Assembly (NCBI GenBank): GCA_034003325.1
Contig: JAVEYW010000005.1
Coordinates: forward strand, 156,508 to 220,507
Direction: 5' to 3'
Source of the DNA: Desulfobacterales bacterium
GTDB lineage: Bacteria; Desulfobacterota; Desulfobacteria; Desulfobacterales; JAFDDL01
DNA length: 64,000 bases
In this document: piece by piece, positions 1-8,673 of the stretch
How positions within the stretch are numbered: position 1 is the first letter of the stretch
Layout: each line of letters starts with the position of its first letter
Made by a program: the position numbers and the translations under genes
Notes under the pieces: generated by a model
What the model saw: only the letters and a program-made list of their open reading frames with translations
Told to the model about the DNA's origin: nothing
Database searches by the model: none

Positions 1-62
1 CCGCGGCTGAAATCATTTGCGCCGCATGGGCGAAAAAATTCTATGAATAGCGCTACCTTCAT
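1..62 (-). CDS. 5' end of an unidentified CDS running off the left edge (MKVALFIEFFRPCGANDFSR...)
   Basis: Reverse-strand ATG at 62-60, with AAGGAGG (rc of 68-74) 5 nt upstream. The frame stays open to position 1. Too short to identify. Confidence 0.3.
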   Translation of the reverse strand, partial: MKVALFIEFFRPCGANDFSR

Positions 63-389
63 CCGGGCCTCCTTCTTTCAAACGGAGGCACTCGCGTTTT
101 TTTGCATCGTTCGGGGTGACAAAAATGTGCATCGACAAAACATAAGAACAATAGTGTGAGTTTTGTCCTTACGGGAAAGCGCGTGCTTCTTCATTTCGGG
201 AAAGGCGTATTTTTCATCGTTCCGTCATCGAATCAAACGGTATATCAAGCAGATAATTCCCACCTCCTTCCGCTCGGAGACACTGCCGATTCTCTTCTTT
301 AATAGCTGGCATCCATTTTGCTTTAAAATTCTGTTAACAGCCCATAACCGCTGTTTTTGACGGGACTTGCTTTTAACAGGGGAGGTTAT

Positions 390-680
390 ATGACCATCGG
401 AAACGCCATCGCCTTTATCAATCGAGCGTTGGTGGACAGCGCGTTGCGCGAGCGCCTGAACAGCACATCGAACGCGGCGGAAATTCAGAACCTTCTGCGA
501 GAAGAGACCCTCGTATTCTCAGTCCGCGATTTTGACGAAGCCGTTCACCACCGGTTGACCCAATGCCGGGAAGAAGAAGAGGCGGAGCAGATCAAAGAAT
601 TAAAGATGTGGTGGCACCTGCTCTTTCAGAGCTCGGAACCGGCCGCATGTATAACGCCATGCAGCGGCTGCTGCGGGTAG
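390..680 (+). CDS. Small Nif11-like domain protein with Cys-rich C-terminal tail (possible RiPP precursor)
   Basis: GGAGG lies 5 nt upstream of ATG 390. The N-terminal ~55 aa (AFINRALVDSALRERLNS..EIQNLLREETLVFSVRDFDEAV) resemble the Nif11 / Nif11-like leader fold. An acidic linker (REEEEAEQIKE) follows. The last 10 residues, CITPCSGCCG, contain 4 Cys. The track ORF start at 357 has no RBS. Confidence 0.55.
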   Translation: MTIGNAIAFINRALVDSALRERLNSTSNAAEIQNLLREETLVFSVRDFDEAVHHRLTQCREEEEAEQIKELKMWWHLLFQSSEPAACITPCSGCCG

Positions 681-698
681 GAATAGAAAGGCGAAAAA

Positions 699-1094
699 AT
701 GATGCGAAAACATAATCTAAACTGGCAAACATGGTTGAAAAATGGGGACCAATACCTGAAAGCGGCAACCCCCAAAGGCGCAACGAGCCGTTTTGGTGCG
801 GATATACGATATAATCTACTTTCCATGTCTCTAGAAGGGTTCATTATGGCCATATTGGATTATCACCATCAATTACCTGACAACCATACCTATATGGATC
901 TCATGGCGGGCCTTGAAACATTGATGCCGATTGATGCGGCACTCAAAAAACGTATTTTGCAGTACGAAAATATTCAGTCCATTTGTTCCATCGAAAAATA
1001 TCATCGCAGCAGTCCGACAGAAGAAAATATCGCCGACCTGAAAGACGCTATTACGGAGATTAGCGTGTTGGCGCATGGAACATGTGAAAATTAG
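699..1094 (+). CDS. Hypothetical helical protein, 131 aa, coupled to the Nif11-like gene
   Basis: ORF starts 18 nt after the upstream stop, with GAAAGG upstream of ATGATG. Vaguely HEPN-like helical pattern, but no diagnostic motif recognised. Confidence 0.5.
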   Translation: MMRKHNLNWQTWLKNGDQYLKAATPKGATSRFGADIRYNLLSMSLEGFIMAILDYHHQLPDNHTYMDLMAGLETLMPIDAALKKRILQYENIQSICSIEKYHRSSPTEENIADLKDAITEISVLAHGTCEN

Positions 1095-1286
1095 CCCTGT
1101 TGCTGCTAAAGCCCGATGGGTATAATCGCGCACGAAAGGGTGATTCCTTCTGCTTCTGGTTGTATCCGAACAGAGGAACAACGACAGCCGGAAGGTAACA
1201 GAACGCAGTTTTAAGCCCCTTTTGGGAAAACAACGTTTTGCCGGAAAAATAACCCCCCAACCAGTCCCTCCTAATAAATGCCTAAC

Positions 1287-1315
1287 TTGACGGCATTACG
1301 ATGCCGATTTAGAAA
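1287..1315 (+). promoter_or_regulatory. Candidate sigma70 promoter for the MCP gene
   Basis: TTGACG (1287-1292), 17-nt spacer, TAGAAA (1310-1315), about 45 nt upstream of the MCP start. Confidence 0.25.
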
Positions 1316-1357
1316 TTCACTCTTGCCGGATTCGACACACTCTTTTTTGATATAACA

Positions 1358-3280
1358 ATGAGGAAGAAGATGAAGAAAAATGGATTCAAGTTCAAGCTTT
1401 ATTTGGGGGTTGTTTTGATCGTGAGCCTACCGCTATCGGTGGTTGGTTATTTTTCATGTGAAAAAGCCGTAAAACTGATTCGACAAAATACGGAAATTCA
1501 GTCCATGCGGACATCTTCAGCGCTTGCGCAGTCCGTGGACCTGGTGTTGGCCGAACAGGGCCGCATTGTAAGAGGGTTGGCGGAAAATTTCAGAAGCTTT
1601 GGCGGCATGGATATACGCTTTTACGGCGGTGCCGGCATCGACGAGGTGACCTCCAAACGTGTCAACACCAAAATTCACAACATGCTTCAGGAACTCGGCG
1701 GAAATTACGAAAGCATCTATATCGGCGATAAGAATGGCCTTCTGTTTGCCGGCTCGCTCGAAAACGGTGAAACGCCATTTTATGGAGTTGACATCAGCAG
1801 CACACAGTTTTTTCCCGCCGCCAAAGAATCGGGCGCTCCGGTTTCAAGTGCCGTATTTGCTTCAAATATAACCTCAAAACCGGTCATGGTGTTTTGCGCC
1901 CCCATACTGGACCAGAAGGAGCGATTTGCGGGTGTGATCGGCATGACATTCAAGTTGGATTCCCTGGCAGCGCTGGTGGCGGGAACCAAAAGCGGAGAAA
2001 CGGGCTACGCGTTTATGGTGAACGCAGAGGGGACGGTGCTTGCCCATCCGCAAACCGATTATATCCTTCAACTGAATATCAAGGAAATAGAAGGGATGGC
2101 TGATATTTCAAAAGCCATACTTTCGGGTCACACCGGTGTTGGGCAATATGAGTTCAAAGGGACTAAAAAGGTGGCGGGATATGCGTCGGTTGCAAATATC
2201 GCCTGGTCTATCGCGGTTACCCAGGATTTAGACGAATTGATGATTCTCGCCGGCTCGATCCGGAAATTCAACGCACTGATAGGGTCCGCTTTTGTTGTGT
2301 TAGCCCTGATGGGCGCGCTGGTTTTTATAAGAAACCTTTGCATGCCGATTGAAAAAGCCGTGAATCATATTCACGCGGGAACCCATCATGTATCGGATGC
2401 TGCCCGGCAAGTTTTTTCAGGCTCCTCCACAGTTGCCTCTGCCGCTGCCCAGCAAACGACCACGCTCGATGAGGCGCTCTCGAAGTTGGATGAAGTCTTT
2501 GAAACCGTCAAGGAAAATGATGCCAATGCACGCCGGGCTGAAGCACTCGTAACGTTGAGTAAGAATGTGGTCCACGAGGCGTTTGCGACCATGGAGGCGC
2601 TGAAGCTCTCGATGGAGGCGATTGAATACTCAGAGAAAGAAACCGCAAAGATCGTTCATGTTATTGATGGCATTGCCTTTCAGACCAATTTGCTGGCACT
2701 TAATGCCTCAGTTGAAGCGGCGCGGGCTGGGGAGAGCGGAAGGGGGTTCGCCGTGGTAGCCAAGCATGTCAGGGATTTGGCCCAACAGGCTGCCGGAGCG
2801 GCCAAAACATCGGCGTGTTTGATTCAAGAGACCACCATGAAGGTTCAAAGTGGCGCCGAGTTGGCGAAAAATGCACAAGACGCTTTCAGCAACGTGGCAG
2901 ATCATACGATTCGTTTTGGCGAGGTTATCATCGAAATTTCAAATGCTTCGTCACGGCAGACCATGGCTATTGCGCAAATCAACCAGTCAATTGCGAATCT
3001 TGAAGGAATTACACGTAAATACGCCGGCTTTGCGGAGGAATCCGCCTCGGCGACCGAACAGATGCATCAGGAGGCGGAATTGATGGTGGGGGTTGCAGAA
3101 GAACTATCCGGTATCATTGGAAATAGTGATACGGTGGGAATCAAAAGGAAGGTTGCCGGTCGCCGAGGGTTCCGAAACGTCTTTCGTTTTCTTCGAAATC
3201 CCGCCCGGCAAAACAAAATTGGTTCCGATGATAGCCCCTCGATTAAAAATTCGGGCACGGTCAGCGCCGTATCGGCTTGA
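1358..3280 (+). CDS. Methyl-accepting chemotaxis protein with periplasmic Cache-like sensor domain
   Basis: N-terminal TM, a ~280-aa extracytoplasmic domain, a second TM, then an MCP signalling domain with the highly conserved [27 protein letters not shown] core. An alternative start at 1370 (MKKNGF) has a GAGGAAG RBS. Confidence 0.9.
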   Translation: MRKKMKKNGFKFKLYLGVVLIVSLPLSVVGYFSCEKAVKLIRQNTEIQSMRTSSALAQSVDLVLAEQGRIVRGLAENFRSFGGMDIRFYGGAGIDEVTSKRVNTKIHNMLQELGGNYESIYIGDKNGLLFAGSLENGETPFYGVDISSTQFFPAAKESGAPVSSAVFASNITSKPVMVFCAPILDQKERFAGVIGMTFKLDSLAALVAGTKSGETGYAFMVNAEGTVLAHPQTDYILQLNIKEIEGMADISKAILSGHTGVGQYEFKGTKKVAGYASVANIAWSIAVTQDLDELMILAGSIRKFNALIGSAFVVLALMGALVFIRNLCMPIEKAVNHIHAGTHHVSDAARQVFSGSSTVASAAAQQTTTLDEALSKLDEVFETVKENDANARRAEALVTLSKNVVHEAFATMEALKLSMEAIEYSEKETAKIVHVIDGIAFQTNLLALNASVEAARAGESGRGFAVVAKHVRDLAQQAAGAAKTSACLIQETTMKVQSGAELAKNAQDAFSNVADHTIRFGEVIIEISNASSRQTMAIAQINQSIANLEGITRKYAGFAEESASATEQMHQEAELMVGVAEELSGIIGNSDTVGIKRKVAGRRGFRNVFRFLRNPARQNKIGSDDSPSIKNSGTVSAVSA

Positions 3281-3420
3281 CAACCGGTCGGCCAGGAAGA
3301 AAAGGACATGACTTTTGTGAATGCGGCATGACTTACGATTACTGTAAGCGAATGAGGGCAATCGCACATCGCGAGTTCCTTGACCAAGAAGCAAGGTGCG
3401 ATTGCAAAACCTACTGAGCG

Positions 3421-5238
3421 CTAGAAGGTCGCATTCAATGGTTTTTCTTCGGATTGTAGGACGGGGTTTTTGGGAATTGCAATGGTGAAGGTGGTCCCTT
3501 TGCCCAGCTCGCTGTCGACCTGACAATTGCCGCCGTGAACCTGGCAGATGTGCTTGACAATGGCCAATCCCAGGCCGGTTCCTCCCAATTTGCGGCTTCG
3601 CGCCTTATCCACGCGGTAAAACCGTTCGAAAATTCGAGGCAGGTGTTGACTGGGAATGCCGGGGCCGGCATCGGTAATGTGGATGCGAATCTCATCTTCG
3701 GATTGCGCTGCATGGACCTGAACCCGGCTGGCCACCGGACTGTATTTGACGGCGTTATCCAGAAGATTGACGATGGCCTGTTCTATAAGCGTGCCGTCCA
3801 AATTTGCGCGAATATCGGGGTCCGCGACCACCTCGAAGACGATTTTCTTCTCCTCGGCTTTGCCTTTAATGATCTGAATCGCGGTGTCGATAATGTCCTT
3901 CAACCGTCTGGATTCAACCGAAACAAGATCGATGCCGTCCTTTTGCTCCAATCTGGCCAGCGAGAGCAGATCTTCAATGATGGCGCCCATTCGATCCGCA
4001 TGTTTTTTAATGATGCCGAGAAACCGGGACTTTTCTTCTTCGGTCTCGGCGGTTCCCTGTAACAGCGTCTCCACAAACCCCTTGATGGCGGTTAACGGTG
4101 TTTTGATTTCATGGGATACATTGGCCACAAATTCACGTCGAACAGTGTCCAAATTGCGCAACCGGGTCACATCGTTTAGTACCACCAGGGTGCCGATACG
4201 CTGGTTTCCCGCATTGCACAACGGGGTGCATTGTATATTTAGGACTTGTTCCCCCTGCTGGTGCACCACCACATCGCCCTCCTTGTAAATTCCGGTGGCG
4301 AGGGCCTCGGTGATAAACGCATAGACATCCCGGTTGCGAATGGCTTCGAGAATATTTCTTCCTTTTAAATCAGCGGTTCTTAGGTTCAGCATGCGGGTCG
4401 CAGCACCGTTCATACTTAAAATCCGCTCCTGCATATCCACCGCGATAACCCCTTCCAACATGCTGGTGAGCACCGCTTCGTATTCATTTCGTTGGTTGAT
4501 GACCGTTTCAATTCTATTTTCCAACTGCATGGCCATTTGGTTGAGCGCATTGGCCAGACCGGCCAGTTCGATCGTGCCGGGCGGATCCAGGCGCTGCTTT
4601 AGATCGCCCTGGGAAAAGCGTTCGGCGGCTTTGGTCATTTTCTCAATCGGCAGGCTGATGCGCCTGGAAACGAAAAGTCCCAGCCCAGATGCGGCTACGG
4701 CGATAATAAATCCGCCGAGTAACACCTTGATCTGAAGCGATTGAATTTCATGTTCCACGGCCGTGAGCGGCACGGAAGTTCGAATGACGGCCGCGGTGTT
4801 ATCACCATTCGACACCGGTTGCGCGACATACATCATGTTTTGTTGAAGGGTTTTGCTGTACCGAATGGCGGAGCCGATTTTCCCGGTCAGAGCTTGTTGA
4901 ATTTCCCTTCGCCCGCCGTGATTTTCCATGTGAACGGGCATTTCATTGGAATCCCCGGCAACGGTGCCGTCCGGAAGAATAACGGTGATGCGAGTGGCAA
5001 CATTTTTCCCCACCGCCTTGCACAGCCGGTCCACTGCTTCGGCATTGAACGGGGAGATAAGCCCGGAGAGCTGGTATTTCAGAAATTGGCCCTGGGATTG
5101 AAGATCATTTTGAATGCGGTTGATGAAAAAATGGTGAAAAGAGCGGGTTACATACCAACCGACCGCGGACAGGGATAAGAGAATCAGCAGCAGATAGGAA
5201 GGATAAAGTTGCCAGATTAATCGTCTTTTTTTTTTCAT
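3421..5238 (-). CDS. phoR: Phosphate regulon sensor histidine kinase (PhoR-like)
   Basis: Two TMs with a periplasmic domain, then HAMP, PAS, H-box (SHEIKTPLTAI) and HATPase_c (GGTGLGLAIVKH). ATGA start/stop overlap with the upstream response regulator. Located in the pst/phoU context. Confidence 0.8.
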   Translation of the reverse strand: MKKKRRLIWQLYPSYLLLILLSLSAVGWYVTRSFHHFFINRIQNDLQSQGQFLKYQLSGLISPFNAEAVDRLCKAVGKNVATRITVILPDGTVAGDSNEMPVHMENHGGRREIQQALTGKIGSAIRYSKTLQQNMMYVAQPVSNGDNTAAVIRTSVPLTAVEHEIQSLQIKVLLGGFIIAVAASGLGLFVSRRISLPIEKMTKAAERFSQGDLKQRLDPPGTIELAGLANALNQMAMQLENRIETVINQRNEYEAVLTSMLEGVIAVDMQERILSMNGAATRMLNLRTADLKGRNILEAIRNRDVYAFITEALATGIYKEGDVVVHQQGEQVLNIQCTPLCNAGNQRIGTLVVLNDVTRLRNLDTVRREFVANVSHEIKTPLTAIKGFVETLLQGTAETEEEKSRFLGIIKKHADRMGAIIEDLLSLARLEQKDGIDLVSVESRRLKDIIDTAIQIIKGKAEEKKIVFEVVADPDIRANLDGTLIEQAIVNLLDNAVKYSPVASRVQVHAAQSEDEIRIHITDAGPGIPSQHLPRIFERFYRVDKARSRKLGGTGLGLAIVKHICQVHGGNCQVDSELGKGTTFTIAIPKNPVLQSEEKPLNATF

Positions 5239-5927
5239 TCCGCTTCCTTGAATCGGTATCCGACGCCCCGGACCGTCTGAATGAGGTCCCCGTAAGCACC
5301 CAGCTTTTTGCGAAGGCCGACGATTTGCACATCCACGCTTCGATCCGTTACCGGATAGTCGTTGCCGCGGACCGCATCCACGATTTGCGTCCGGGTTAAT
5401 ACCCAGCCCGGTCTTTTGGCCAGATAATAAAGGACCTGAAACTCGGTATACGTTAAATCCACGGCTTGTCCGTCCAACAGGACTTCACGTCGTCCGGGAT
5501 GAATGAGCAGCTCGCGAATATGAATAATGTCGTTGACCTCTTCTTTAATCCGTCCCTTGCGGCGCAGCACGGCTTTGACGCGAGCCAGCAGAATTCTGGG
5601 CGAAAAGGGCTTGGTGATGTAATCGTCTGCCCCGAGCTCCAAGCCCGTCACCACGTCCGCTTCCTCTCCCTTGGCGGTCAACATGACGATGGGCGTGTTC
5701 TTCGTGGCGGGATTGCCTTTAAGTTGCTGCGATACTTCAAGGCCATCGAGCCCGGGTAACATCAGATCCAGCACAATCAGATCAAAGTTGTCCCGGTTGG
5801 CAAGCTTCAGCGCCTTTTCCCCGGTTTCGGCACAGGCGGTTTCATAGCCTTCCTTTTCGAGATTGACCCGCACCAGCTCCTGGATGTCTTCTTCATCATC
5901 GACGATCAATATTTTTGCTTTTCCCAT
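5235..5927 (-). CDS. phoB: OmpR/PhoB-family response regulator (PhoB-like)
   Basis: Receiver domain (DDEEDI, DLIVLDLMLPGLDG, K at TAKG) plus a winged-helix output domain (LTYTEFQVLYYL..VRGVGYRF). Translationally coupled to phoR. Confidence 0.85.
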   Translation of the reverse strand: MGKAKILIVDDEEDIQELVRVNLEKEGYETACAETGEKALKLANRDNFDLIVLDLMLPGLDGLEVSQQLKGNPATKNTPIVMLTAKGEEADVVTGLELGADDYITKPFSPRILLARVKAVLRRKGRIKEEVNDIIHIRELLIHPGRREVLLDGQAVDLTYTEFQVLYYLAKRPGWVLTRTQIVDAVRGNDYPVTDRSVDVQIVGLRKKLGAYGDLIQTVRGVGYRFKEAE

Positions 5928-5974
5928 TATTTACCTTCAACCGTGAAGTGCTTCAAGATGAAATTGCAACGGGA

Positions 5975-6091
5975 GCATTACCGGATTGTTAACACCTCGC
6001 AATTGTAGGGGCAGACCTGCGTGTCTGCCCCAGTGAATTATGGTGCACGCCCCCCGCCAAAACAGGGCGGACACACAGGTCCGCCCCTACG
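5975..6091 (+). repeat. Family-2 GC-rich hairpin element, copy lacking first hairpin and right terminus
   Basis: GCATTACCGGATTGTTAACACCTC, followed by hairpins GGGGCAGAC-CTGCGT-GTCTGCCCC and GGGCGGAC-ACACAG-GTCCGCCC. Collinear with 12573-12735. Confidence 0.75.
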
Positions 6092-6108
6092 TCGGCCGCA
6101 ACCCGCCG

Positions 6109-6765
6109 TCATATTTTCGTGTGCCGGACGATATCTCCCTCGACCATATAGACCACTTCTTCGGCGATATTGGTGGCATGATCCGCCGCTCTTTCCAAAT
6201 GGCGTGAAATCAGCAGCAGATTAATATAATAACCGACTCTTCCCTGGCGCGTATTCATGGCCGCTTTGATACGGTCATACGCGGTGACCTTTAATTTATC
6301 CACCTCATCGTCAAGGGTCAATACGCGATAGGCCAGATCCAGATCCATGTTGACCAATGCATCCAGGCTGGTTTTCAGCATGTAGATGACTTTGCTCATC
6401 ATGGAAGCATAATCGAAGCGAAAGGTGTTCTCTTTTTGCTGGGCCAGAATTTCAACCCGTTGCGCGATGTTGACCGCTTCATCGCCGATTCTTTCAAGAT
6501 CGTTGTTGATTTTGATGACCGCCACCAGAAATCGAAGATCCGCCGCCACCGGTTGGTGCAAGGCCAGGGCCTTGAGGCATTCTTCCTCCAGCTCGACCTC
6601 CATCTCGTCGATCTCATAATCCGTGGCAATTATTTTTGCGGCTATTTGCGCATCGTAATCAGCGATCGCCCGGTCCGCCATGTGGACCCTGTCCTCCACC
6701 ACCGCGCCAAGCGCCAGGACCATTTTTTTAATCTGTTCCAGCTCTCTTTGAAAATGTTTTCTCAT
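6109..6765 (-). CDS. phoU: Phosphate signalling complex protein PhoU
   Basis: 218 aa with two PhoU repeats (..ALALHQPVAADLRF..IGDEAVNIA.. and ..ISRHLERAADHATNIAE..). Confidence 0.9.
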   Translation of the reverse strand: MRKHFQRELEQIKKMVLALGAVVEDRVHMADRAIADYDAQIAAKIIATDYEIDEMEVELEEECLKALALHQPVAADLRFLVAVIKINNDLERIGDEAVNIAQRVEILAQQKENTFRFDYASMMSKVIYMLKTSLDALVNMDLDLAYRVLTLDDEVDKLKVTAYDRIKAAMNTRQGRVGYYINLLLISRHLERAADHATNIAEEVVYMVEGDIVRHTKI

Positions 6766-6836
6766 GTTGTTTTCCTATTCGATGCAACCCGATTGCATGA
6801 AACCCTTCTCTTGCCTCAGCTCTGGATACAGCTATT

Positions 6837-6858
6837 ATGTTAGATCCATGTTAGATTC
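6837..6858. promoter_or_regulatory. Candidate Pho box (two 11-bp phased direct repeats)
   Basis: ATGTTAGATCC ATGTTAGATTC, 10/11 identical and exactly 11 bp apart, in the divergent phoU / pstC control region. An 11-bp phased direct repeat is the architecture bound by OmpR/PhoB-family dimers. Confidence 0.35.
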
Positions 6859-6871
6859 GCGCTTTTGTTTG

Positions 6872-6981
6872 ATTAGGCCCTTTACCAGAAACATGCACGC
6901 TTTTACGTGTATATTCGCCGAAGGTGAAAGATGGCTCTTAAGCATCCCAGCATCCCAGCATCCCAGCTTTGCCGGATTAGG
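6872..6981 (+). repeat. Family-1 structured intergenic element, copy A
   Basis: ATTAGG|CCCTTTACCAGAAACATGCACGCTTTTACGTGTATATTCGCCGAAGGTGAAAGATGGCTCTTAA(GCATCCCA)x3 GCTTTGCCGGATTAGG. Near-identical to six other loci. Confidence 0.85.
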
Positions 6982-7192
6982 GGGGATAAGCGCTCCCAAG
7001 AATTGCGACAAGTCATTCGGAAACCGCCAGCTGACGATGACACCTTACAAAGGTCTAATGGGATGCTAATCGTATGCTAACAATTATTTTTTAACGTAAC
7101 GGCAATGTCGGCCATTGGAAAATCAGTCTTCCGGTTTGCCGGCATGATGATCTTTGCAGCTATTTTCGAACGATAACACAAAGGGCGCTTTT

Positions 7193-8581
7193 ATGTCACC
7201 TTTTACTTTGATGCTCACGATTCTTCTGCTATCGATTTTTGGCTACTTCATCGGCAAAAAACGCGCCTTCGCCGTTGCCGAGGGTGTGTCAAAAACAAAA
7301 ACGCTTCATTCCCGGCCTACTTATTACGGCATGCTGACGGCCCTTTGGTGTGGACTTCCCGCCCTTGCGGTTCTGTGCGGCTGGATGGCGTTTGAATCCG
7401 GCATCATCACGCATCTGGTCATTGCCGATTTGCCTCCGGAGATACGAGAATTGCCTGAAAACAGGCGCAATCTCGTCATTAACGATATTCTCAATCTGGT
7501 TGACGGCAATATTCTTTCCAAACAGGTGGATGACACCCTGCGAAGCGCCGCGGACCATTATCGAAATCTCAAAGCAACCAGCAATGCCGCGCTGATCGTA
7601 TGCGCGGTGTGCGTCGGGATGCTGGGCATCGGAATGATCCGCAATCGAATAAAGCCCGCGATGAGAGCAAGAAACCATGTGGAAAAAGTTATCAAGCTAC
7701 TGCTGATCGCCTGTTCCTGCATCGCCATCTTAACGACCATCGGCATTATCATGTCCGTCCTCTATGAAGCGATTCGATTTTTTCATGTGGTGCCGCTTTC
7801 AGACTTTCTTTTCGGACTTCGCTGGAGTCCGCAGATGGCGATTCGGGTCGATCAGGTGGGGTCATCCGGCGCCTTCGGTGCGGTTCCGGTTCTGGTCGGC
7901 ACGCTGCTTATCTCGGGTATCGCCATGATCGTGGCGGTGCCCATCGGGTTGATGGCCGCCATCTATCTTTCAGAATACGCGGGTAAAAAGCTTCGAACCA
8001 TTGCGAAACCCCTTATGGAAATTCTGGCCGGCATTCCGACCGTCGTGTACGGCTTTTTTGCCGCACTGACGGTGGCGCCGTTTATTCGAGAAGTAGGCAC
8101 GTCCATGGGGCTGGAGGTGGCTTCGGAAAGTGCGTTGGCGGCAGGCGCCGTCATGGGCATCATGATCATTCCGTTTGTTTCATCCATTTCCGATGATGTG
8201 ATCAACGCGGTGCCGCAATCGTTAAGGGACGGGGCTTACGGGCTGGGCGCCACCCAATCCGAGACGATTAAACAGGTGGTGTTGCCGGCGGCGCTGCCAG
8301 GGATTGTCGGCGGGATTTTACTGGCTGTTTCCAGAGCCATCGGGGAAACCATGATTGTGGTGATGGCGGCGGGACTTGCGGCCAATATGACGGTAAACCC
8401 GTTGAAAACGGTCACCACCGTGACGGTCCAGATTGTCACGCTGTTGGTGGGGGACCAGGAATTTGACAGCCCCAAAACACTGGCGGCCTTTGCGCTTGGG
8501 CTGCTGCTGTTTGCTGTCACCTTGGTGCTCAATATTGTGGCCCTGCATGTGGTTAGAAAGTACCGGGAACAATACGAGTGA
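7193..8581 (+). CDS. pstC: Phosphate ABC transporter permease PstC (long form)
   Basis: Multi-TM permease with a PstC-type EAA region (LRDGAYGLGATQSETIKQVVLPAALPGI..SRAIGETM). ATG 7193 is preceded by AAAGGG. The track start at 7154 is a TTG without an RBS. Confidence 0.9.
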   Translation: MSPFTLMLTILLLSIFGYFIGKKRAFAVAEGVSKTKTLHSRPTYYGMLTALWCGLPALAVLCGWMAFESGIITHLVIADLPPEIRELPENRRNLVINDILNLVDGNILSKQVDDTLRSAADHYRNLKATSNAALIVCAVCVGMLGIGMIRNRIKPAMRARNHVEKVIKLLLIACSCIAILTTIGIIMSVLYEAIRFFHVVPLSDFLFGLRWSPQMAIRVDQVGSSGAFGAVPVLVGTLLISGIAMIVAVPIGLMAAIYLSEYAGKKLRTIAKPLMEILAGIPTVVYGFFAALTVAPFIREVGTSMGLEVASESALAAGAVMGIMIIPFVSSISDDVINAVPQSLRDGAYGLGATQSETIKQVVLPAALPGIVGGILLAVSRAIGETMIVVMAAGLAANMTVNPLKTVTTVTVQIVTLLVGDQEFDSPKTLAAFALGLLLFAVTLVLNIVALHVVRKYREQYE

Positions 8582-8590
8582 AATAGAGGA

Positions 8591-8643
8591 AGCTGGTAGC
8601 TGGTAGCTGATAGCTGATAGCTGAAAGCTGATAGCTGACAGCT
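8591..8643 (+). repeat. Heptanucleotide tandem array (AGCTGRN)x7.5 in the pstC-pstA spacer
   Basis: AGCTGGT AGCTGGT AGCTGAT AGCTGAT AGCTGAA AGCTGAT AGCTGAC AGCT, read directly from the sequence. Confidence 0.95.
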
Positions 8644-8673
8644 TTCGGTAAAACAGACGCGGGAATAAAAGCC

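Noticed and set aside
163-360. 65-aa ORF upstream of the Nif11-like gene.
   Set aside because: No RBS and odd composition. It lies in the divergent promoter region between the edge gene and the Nif11-like gene.
3358-3405. 10-bp inverted repeat GCAATCGCAC...GTGCGATTGC between the convergent MCP and phoR genes, as a terminator.
   Set aside because: The loop is 28 nt and there is no U-tract on either strand. It may be a structural element but is not a canonical terminator.
6764-7069. ORFs of 65-101 aa with similar peptides (PFTRNMHAF.CIFAEGE.W...): 6764-7069 and 31421-31618. On the other strand (MLECW.A..HKS...): 31321-31524, 42180-42428 and 46139-46378.
   Set aside because: They are translations of the family-1 repeat. 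The similarity follows the nucleotide repeat, they have no RBS, and they cross hairpins and the 8-mer array.
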